This document shows positions 57,907 through 64,000 of a stretch of 64,000 bases of DNA, piece after piece. Origin of the DNA: Fimbriimonadales bacterium (GTDB taxonomy: Bacteria; Armatimonadota; Fimbriimonadia; Fimbriimonadales; ATM1); contig JBGTLG010000033.1 of assembly GCA_041744215.1 (NCBI GenBank), forward strand, positions 1 through 64,000. Direction: 5' to 3'. Position 1 is the stretch's first letter. Each line of letters begins with the position of its first letter. Under the pieces are notes generated by a model, which was not told the DNA's origin, made no database searches, and saw nothing but the letters and a program-made list of their open reading frames with translations. The position numbers were made by a program, and so were the translations under genes.

Positions 57907-58788
57907 ATGCGCGTTCGCTTCTTTCGGGGGCTAAAAGACCGGCTTGACCGGCTGTTTGGGCGCGGCGTCGTCGACGAGGAACTCTTCGAGGATTTGGAGG
58001 AGGCCCTGCTATCAGCGGATGTCGGCATCACCGTCGCCAGCGAGATCCTGAACGCAGTCCGGCAGCGCGTCCGTTCCGAGCGATTGACGGAACCCGCGGC
58101 GGTGCGCGTTGCACTGACTGAGGAAATCACGCGCAAACTCGAAGACGAAGAAGTGCCTTTGGTCGTTGCTGCTGCGGGGCCGACCGTGTATCTCTTCTTG
58201 GGTGTCAACGGCGCAGGCAAGACCACAACGATTGCAAAGCTCGCGCAGCGCTTGCGAAGCGAAGGCAAGCGCGTTCTGATTGCAGCTGCAGACACTTTCC
58301 GCGCAGCTGCAATTGAACAGCTTGAGATTTGGTCCGAGCGAGTTGGTGCAGATATCGTCAAAGGCGCGCCTGGCGGCGATCCAGGCGCTGTTGTGTATGA
58401 TGCGATTACTGCAGCAAAATCGAGAGGTGTCGATTTTGTTTTGGCGGACACCGCTGGGCGACAACATACGCGATCCAATCTGATGCAAGAGTTAGAAAAG
58501 ATCGGGCGCGTCGCGGAGAAAGCGCTCGGCCGCCCGATCGACGAGATCCTCCTGGTTATCGATGGAAACACCGGTCAAAACGCAATTCGCCAAGCGGAGG
58601 AGTTTGGGAAGGTAGCCGGAATCACCGGAGTCGTCGTCACCAAGCTGGATGGGACAGCGCGGGGAGGGGCGCTGTTGGGCGTCAAGGATCGACTCGGAAT
58701 ACCCATCAAGCTTATCGGCATCGGCGAAAAGGCAGCAGATTTGAAGACCTTTGATGCGAAGGAGTATGCAGAGGCGCTACTCGAATGA
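57907..58788 (+). CDS. ftsY: Signal recognition particle receptor
   Basis: GVNGAGKTTT, DTFRAAA, DTAGR, TKLDGTARGG. Confidence 0.97.
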   Translation: MRVRFFRGLKDRLDRLFGRGVVDEELFEDLEEALLSADVGITVASEILNAVRQRVRSERLTEPAAVRVALTEEITRKLEDEEVPLVVAAAGPTVYLFLGVNGAGKTTTIAKLAQRLRSEGKRVLIAAADTFRAAAIEQLEIWSERVGADIVKGAPGGDPGAVVYDAITAAKSRGVDFVLADTAGRQHTRSNLMQELEKIGRVAEKALGRPIDEILLVIDGNTGQNAIRQAEEFGKVAGITGVVVTKLDGTARGGALLGVKDRLGIPIKLIGIGEKAADLKTFDAKEYAEALLE

Positions 58789-59690
58789 GGGTGTGGATAG
58801 CGGTCGCAGCACTCGTCGCGGCTGGGTGCGGAGGCGGCGACTACGTTCCCCGGCCAACGTTCTCGATGCTGATTCCAGAAGGGCGCGAGCAGTGGAAAGC
58901 CGAGCTGGCGTCCGGATTCAAGGACACCCTCGCAGCATATGGATATGAGACGAAGTTGATATCGTTCTCTGCGTATGATCCGGATATCGTCGTGAAGGCG
59001 GCGCAACAGGCACAAAGAGGAGAGCGCGCCCCGATTTGTGTCGTGTTTACCCGCCGTGCACAAGTAAAGCATGTAGTGTCTGCATTAAAGAGTGAAGGCC
59101 ATGAGGTGGTAACAGTTGGCGCAGACGATGCGATGGTAACTCGGACGGGACACGTTGGTATGTCTGCAGAGCGCATGGCATATGTTTGGAAGATTCGTGT
59201 ATCGCAACTCGAACAAATGCCGAAGCGAGTGTTGTTCGTTTTTGGTAGCGAACCGATCAAAACAGAGCGCGTACAAGGTGCAGTTTTCTCGCGCTCCGGG
59301 AAAGGCACAGAGTTCGACTCTCGGTTTCGTGAAACTGGGGCTGTCACTCAGGAGGACGCAGAGTGGGCCGAACTTATCGTACCGATAGGAGAAGACGCGT
59401 TTGCAGCATGCACAAAGTATCTGCCGAAACCGCTGTACCCCGTATCCGGTTCAGAGCGAGTGTTAGAGGCGATCGGAACCGGAACAGTAAGGCAAGCGAT
59501 AACGGATGAGCCGTTCCAGATGGGCGTTCGAGCAGCCCAACTGGTGCGGGATTATCACCTCAATGCGGTGCGTAACCCAATCATCAGCCTTCCGTATGAA
59601 GAGGTTGATGCCGAGACGCTCCAGTATTATCGCGACCGAAGATACCGATTGCCTCCGATGATCAGGACCGCAGGACGCGAGGCGGAATAA
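58785..59690 (+). CDS. Lipoprotein, periplasmic binding protein type I-like
   Basis: AAGC lipobox; PFQMGVRAAQL resembles sugar-binding proteins; no ABC genes adjacent. Confidence 0.6.
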   Translation: MRVWIAVAALVAAGCGGGDYVPRPTFSMLIPEGREQWKAELASGFKDTLAAYGYETKLISFSAYDPDIVVKAAQQAQRGERAPICVVFTRRAQVKHVVSALKSEGHEVVTVGADDAMVTRTGHVGMSAERMAYVWKIRVSQLEQMPKRVLFVFGSEPIKTERVQGAVFSRSGKGTEFDSRFRETGAVTQEDAEWAELIVPIGEDAFAACTKYLPKPLYPVSGSERVLEAIGTGTVRQAITDEPFQMGVRAAQLVRDYHLNAVRNPIISLPYEEVDAETLQYYRDRRYRLPPMIRTAGREAE

Positions 59691-59691
59691 A

Positions 59692-59979
59692 GTGGAGGGA
59701 TTCGCTGGAATATTGACTATAACCTATGATTTTCCAGGTGCCCAGACGTTGAAGGACAAGCGGCGCGCCCTGAAGAGCCTCCTCGACAAAGTGCGCCGGG
59801 CCCGTTATGTCAGCATCAGCGAGGTAGGGTTTCAGAATCGCATCCGCTCGTCAGTCGTTGTCGCGGCAATCGTTGGACCTAACAAGCGTACAGTCGATCG
59901 TGAGCGAGCCGCCGTGGAATCGATGCTTTGTGAGTCGCATGAAGCGGAGGCAGTGGAGGTCGTTTGGGAATGGCTGTGA
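59692..59979 (+). CDS. DUF503 (YlxP) family
   Basis: TLKDKRRALKSL...VSISEVG. Confidence 0.88.
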   Translation: MEGFAGILTITYDFPGAQTLKDKRRALKSLLDKVRRARYVSISEVGFQNRIRSSVVVAAIVGPNKRTVDRERAAVESMLCESHEAEAVEVVWEWL

Positions 59980-61526
59980 GCGTATCGCCAATCAGGTTGA
60001 CAAAGACAAACTTCACCGCAGGTTTGCAGTGTGAAAAGCGACTATACTTCGAGAAGTATCGCAAAGAGCTACGCGTGATCACAGCGGCGGATCAACTTCG
60101 GTTCGACGAAGGAAACGAAGTAGGGCGCCTCGCTCAGAAGTTGTTTCCTAACGGTGCTTTGGTCAACGTTCCAGCATGGGATCCAGCCGGTGCGGAGGAG
60201 CGCACTCGTCAGCTGATCGATAGCGGTAAGAACACGTTGTTTGAATCGGCGTTCGGTGTTGGAAGGCTCTCGGTTCGAGTTGATGTGTTGCGACGCGAAG
60301 CATCGACGGACGGCGCCCAGGGCTCACTCTTCGATTCTCCTTCGGGCGGCTGGGAAGTCATCGAAGTGAAGTCTGGCACCTCACCTCGCGACGGAAAAGA
60401 CCCGAAGCCAGAGTACTTGATTGATGTCGCATTCCAAGTTTATGTTTTGCGTCAGGCAGGAGAACAAGTCGACCGGGCGAGCTTGCTCCTTCTCAACCGT
60501 GACTTCATCCATCAAGGCGTCGCCCCTTCGACAGCTGAACTCTTCGAGAAGGTAGACGTGACAGATCTCGTCGAAGATCTGGTCCCAACCATCAGCGCAG
60601 ATGTCGAGCGGATGGTGGCGATTCTCGACGCAGGCTCGGAACCTCCCATCGAGATCGGCCCCCAGTGCGATGACCCGTACCACTGTCCGTTTTACGACCA
60701 TTGCCACCCGACTCCGCTGCCGATCGACCACCTTATGAACCTCCCCCGGATCGATATGAACCAGTACCGACTTCTTCGAGGGGCGGGAATCGAACGAATC
60801 CAGGACATCCCCGACAGCATGATTAAGCATTCGACCCAGGACATGGTCCGGGAGGCGTTGCGGACTGGCAAGCGGCGAATCGACACGGCGATGGCGGAGG
60901 AGTTCGACAAAGTGAGGTTCCCCATCCACTTCGTGGACTTTGAAACCGCGCAGTACGCGCTGCCGAGGCACGTCGCGACCGGCCCGTATGACTTCTTGCC
61001 AGTGCAGTGGTCGAATCACGTTCTCGACGAAAGCGGAAACTTGTCGCACGACGAATTCATCTACGTCGGCTTTGGCGATCCAAGGCCAGAGTTCATCGAG
61101 AGCCTGTCTCGCACGGTTAACGGCGCGGGCTCAATCGTCGTTTACTCGAACTTCGAAGAGCAGCGGTTAAGAGACTTGCTATCGTTCGACGAATCCTCCG
61201 CAAAGCCATTGTACGAATTCTTCTCTGATCGCGTCGTCGATTTGCTGAAGATCATTCGCGCTTACGTCTACTACCCGGAATTCTGCGGAAGCTTCAGCAT
61301 CAAACGGGTTCTTCCTGCGATGGTTCCTTCCTTGTCTTACGCCGGACTGAATATCCAGCAAGGTGAAATGGCAACAACGATGTACCGCAAGATGATTGAT
61401 CCTAAATGCCCGCCAAACGAGCGGGAGCAGATACGAAGAGACCTTCTTGAGTATTGCAAGCTCGATACGCTGGCGATGGTAGAGCTGTATAAAGAGTTGC
61501 GACGGCTCATAATGGAAGAGAGATGA
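59970..61526 (+). CDS. DUF2779 protein (RecB/Cas4-like nuclease + RNase H-like domain)
   Basis: [12 protein letters not shown]...[41 protein letters not shown]. Confidence 0.88.
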   Translation: MAVSVSPIRLTKTNFTAGLQCEKRLYFEKYRKELRVITAADQLRFDEGNEVGRLAQKLFPNGALVNVPAWDPAGAEERTRQLIDSGKNTLFESAFGVGRLSVRVDVLRREASTDGAQGSLFDSPSGGWEVIEVKSGTSPRDGKDPKPEYLIDVAFQVYVLRQAGEQVDRASLLLLNRDFIHQGVAPSTAELFEKVDVTDLVEDLVPTISADVERMVAILDAGSEPPIEIGPQCDDPYHCPFYDHCHPTPLPIDHLMNLPRIDMNQYRLLRGAGIERIQDIPDSMIKHSTQDMVREALRTGKRRIDTAMAEEFDKVRFPIHFVDFETAQYALPRHVATGPYDFLPVQWSNHVLDESGNLSHDEFIYVGFGDPRPEFIESLSRTVNGAGSIVVYSNFEEQRLRDLLSFDESSAKPLYEFFSDRVVDLLKIIRAYVYYPEFCGSFSIKRVLPAMVPSLSYAGLNIQQGEMATTMYRKMIDPKCPPNEREQIRRDLLEYCKLDTLAMVELYKELRRLIMEER

Positions 61527-62704
61527 TTCAGCTTCCGCCCGACGCGAAAGGCCGCTTTGGTGACTACGGCGGCAGGTATGTGCCTGAAACGCTTGTGCCA
61601 GCGCTCGATGAGCTTTCGGCGACCTTCGAGCAGGCCTGGGAAGATTCAGGGTTTCAGGAAGAGCTGGCCTGGCACTACAAGCACACCGTCGGCAGGCCGA
61701 CGCCGATTACGCCCGCCAGGCGGCTTGGGGAGGAGTTCGGGTGCGAGGTCTTCATTAAGCGGGAGGATTTGTGTCACACCGGCGCCCATAAGTTGAACAA
61801 TGCGATCGGGCAGGCGCTTCTGGCGGTTCGGATGGGGAAGCGGCGGATCATCGCCGAGACGGGCGCGGGGCAGCACGGGGTCGCGACGGCGACGGCTTGT
61901 GCAATGTTCGGGCTCGGGTGCGTGGTCTACATGGGTTCGGAGGACGTCGAGCGACAGAAGATCAACGTGTTTCGTATGCGGTTGCTCGGCGCGGAAGTGA
62001 TTCCGGTGACGAGCGGTACGAAGACGCTCAAAGATGCAACGAACGAAGCGATGCGCGATTGGGTTACAAACGTTCGCGACACTCATTACATCGTCGGTTC
62101 ATGCGTCGGGCCGCATCCTTATCCGGTTATGGTCCGGCAGTTTCAGCGCGTTATCGGTGACGAAGCGCGCGCGCAAATGCTTGAGCATCCTGGACGCTTG
62201 CCTGACGTTGCAATCGCTTGCGTCGGCGGAGGCTCGAACGCAATCGGTTTCTTTCACGCGTTTCTTCCTGATGCAAGCGTTCGGCTGGTCGGCGCGGAGG
62301 CGGGCGGACACGGCCTCGAGTCCGGCGAGCACGCTGCGCCATTAACCGCGGGGTCACCGGGCGTTTTGCACGGATCGTTTTCTTATCTTATGCAAGACGA
62401 GGACGGGCAGGTTGTCGGAACGCATTCCGTTTCTGCCGGATTGGACTATCCGGGAGTCGGACCTGAACATTCTTTTTTGAAGGACACGGGCCGTGCGGAA
62501 TATCATGCCGTGACCGACGAAGAGGCTTTGGACGCCTTTGTTTGGCTTTCCCGGCTCGAAGGGATCATTCCCGCTTTCGAGTGCGCTCACGCGTTTGCTT
62601 TGCTTAAGAAGCTCGACATTAAGGCCGGATCGACGGTGTTGGTCAACCTGAGCGGGCGGGGGGACAAGGACATGGAGTCCGCTTCGAAGCTGCTCAAGCT
62701 TTGA
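61523..62704 (+). CDS. trpB: Tryptophan synthase beta chain
   Basis: [42 protein letters not shown]. Confidence 0.98.
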   Translation: MIQLPPDAKGRFGDYGGRYVPETLVPALDELSATFEQAWEDSGFQEELAWHYKHTVGRPTPITPARRLGEEFGCEVFIKREDLCHTGAHKLNNAIGQALLAVRMGKRRIIAETGAGQHGVATATACAMFGLGCVVYMGSEDVERQKINVFRMRLLGAEVIPVTSGTKTLKDATNEAMRDWVTNVRDTHYIVGSCVGPHPYPVMVRQFQRVIGDEARAQMLEHPGRLPDVAIACVGGGSNAIGFFHAFLPDASVRLVGAEAGGHGLESGEHAAPLTAGSPGVLHGSFSYLMQDEDGQVVGTHSVSAGLDYPGVGPEHSFLKDTGRAEYHAVTDEEALDAFVWLSRLEGIIPAFECAHAFALLKKLDIKAGSTVLVNLSGRGDKDMESASKLLKL

Positions 62705-62780
62705 TCTTTCGGTCCCGAGGGTTTTCGGGGCTTGTCGGATTGTGTCAGTTTTGGCTTTGGCGGCGGCATGCAACTTTGCT

Positions 62781-62993
62781 TGGTTGACGCCGGAATGTTA
62801 ACGACTCATCAGACTCACTAGACTCACTGGACTCATCGAACTCATCACTGTTTGTTATTGTTAACGGGACTGTTTGAACTCATCGGCTCGGCAGAGTTTG
62901 CGGCTTACGTGTCGTTAGCTCAATCGTTCGGATGCAGGAACTCTGCCGGTTAAGTCTTGAGAGGGCCGAAAGTCAACCTGTTGTGAGATTGCG
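62781..62993 (-). repeat. Dispersed ~220-bp non-coding element, copy 2 (inverted)
   Basis: Five 9-bp units (62802-62846) between GTTAAC boxes at 62797 and 62860; ends GCCGAAAGTCAACCTGTTGTGAGATTGCG, the reverse complement of copy 1 start. Confidence 0.9.
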
Positions 62994-63093
62994 ATTCAGG
63001 AGGTTGTTGAAGAATCTGTCAGTGCTACCCGGTCGGTTTCCGACGAGCCCCGCATTGCCGCCGATGCAGGCTGCACCCGGTAAACGTCAACTC

Positions 63094-63366
63094 CTAACCT
63101 TCGACCAATTCAAATTCGCGACCGATTTCGTCGCCATAAACGTCGATCTGCTCGCCGGACACCGGCTCGCGACACTTGTAGACGTACCCGCAAATCCTCG
63201 ATTGCCCGTCTACGACTCTCACAAACACCATCCGCCCTTCGCACAATCCCACGTAGCCGCCCCTTTCGTAGACGGTGACCTGAACACCGTCGGACACACG
63301 CCTAAACTGCGTGCCAACTGAGTACTCGGGTATGCCGAGTTTCGCGCGTTCTTCATCGAGGTCCAT
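63094..63366 (-). CDS. Hypothetical protein
   Basis: ORF MDLDEERAKLGIPEY... fills the gap divergent from the methyltransferase; no motif recognised. Confidence 0.45.
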   Translation of the reverse strand: MDLDEERAKLGIPEYSVGTQFRRVSDGVQVTVYERGGYVGLCEGRMVFVRVVDGQSRICGYVYKCREPVSGEQIDVYGDEIGREFELVEG

Positions 63367-63432
63367 TGCTGCGACAATTATGCACTTTCCGGTCGCGTCG
63401 CGGAGCGATGCAGAGCGAGTACAATCGACCCG

Positions 63433-64000
63433 ATGGGCGAGGGTTGGATCAACCAGCTTCACTATGGCGATAACCTCGAAGTCATGCGGGAGAAGATCCC
63501 GGATGAAGTCGCGGACCTCGTCTACCTCGACCCGCCGTTTAACTCACAGCGGAACTACAACGTCTTATTCAAACAGGTGAAGGGCGATCCGGCTCCGGCG
63601 CAGATTATGGCGTTCGAGGACACTTGGCGATGGAGCCCTATGCTCTACGACGAGTTTATGGAAGACGGGCGCAACGCCAAACTCTTCGACCTCGTGCAGA
63701 GCCTCTACCAAATCTTGGGCGATTCCGAGATGATGGCGTATGTCGTCATGATGGCGCCGCGATTGCTCGAACTTCATCGCAAGCTCAAACCAACGGGCTC
63801 GCTTTACCTGCATTGCGATCCGGTCGCAAGCCACTATCTGAAGATTCTGCTCGACGTTATCTTCGAGCCTCAAAACTTTCGGAATGAGATTACATGGAAG
63901 CGACAGAGCGCCCACAGCGACGCGAAACTCAAGTTTCCTGATGTTGCGGACGTCATCTTGTTCTATTCGAAGAGCAGCCAGACGAAATTCGCGCCCGTGT
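63433..64000 (+). CDS. Site-specific DNA methyltransferase (N6/N4, beta class), runs off window
   Basis: MGEGWINQLHYGDNLEVM...DLVYLDPPFNS...LKPTGSLYLHCD...FRNEITWKR; not in ORF track. Confidence 0.93.
   Translation, partial: MGEGWINQLHYGDNLEVMREKIPDEVADLVYLDPPFNSQRNYNVLFKQVKGDPAPAQIMAFEDTWRWSPMLYDEFMEDGRNAKLFDLVQSLYQILGDSEMMAYVVMMAPRLLELHRKLKPTGSLYLHCDPVASHYLKILLDVIFEPQNFRNEITWKRQSAHSDAKLKFPDVADVILFYSKSSQTKFAPV

Noticed and set aside
59970-61526. cas4 / CRISPR adaptation locus
   Set aside because: No cas1/cas2 or array; architecture fits stand-alone DUF2779.
4096-62780. Whole 59-kb interval as a composite transposon bounded by the inverted elements
   Set aside because: It carries essential core genes (secA, ftsY, tRNA), has no transposase inside, and the two copies are substantially diverged.

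Overview
A GC-rich bacterial chromosome segment, most likely Armatimonadota (Fimbriimonadia-like). This is inferred from the PEP-CTERM protein, the orphan prepilin-type H-X9-DG proteins and the split Rhs cassette. The centre is mostly housekeeping and metabolic genes: a 2-oxoacid dehydrogenase E1, pepV, flotillins, rluD, fliK-flgD-flgE, hisC-aroF, tRNA-Met, ppa, secA, radC, ftsY and trpB. Both ends are accessory. The left end has a RAYT transposase tail and an Rhs toxin/immunity locus; the right end has an N6/N4 DNA methyltransferase. Highlights: (1) a clear TPP riboswitch directly upstream of a prepilin-type H-X9-DG protein, suggesting a pilin-like thiamine-acquisition system; (2) an unannotated ~220-bp non-coding element present twice, inverted and 59 kb apart, with 9-bp tandem units between GTTAAC boxes, each copy near a core/accessory junction; (3) an Rhs gene split by an in-frame TAA-ATG junction, with a lytic-transglycosylase-like toxin; (4) a halogenase + PLP decarboxylase + CPA2 antiporter mini-cluster; (5) a DUF4062-STAND-TPR protein, a RadC-translin pair and a Cas4-like DUF2779 nuclease; (6) many apparently leaderless genes. 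All family calls come from motif recognition by eye; no database searches were run. Some start codons were moved relative to the ORF track.
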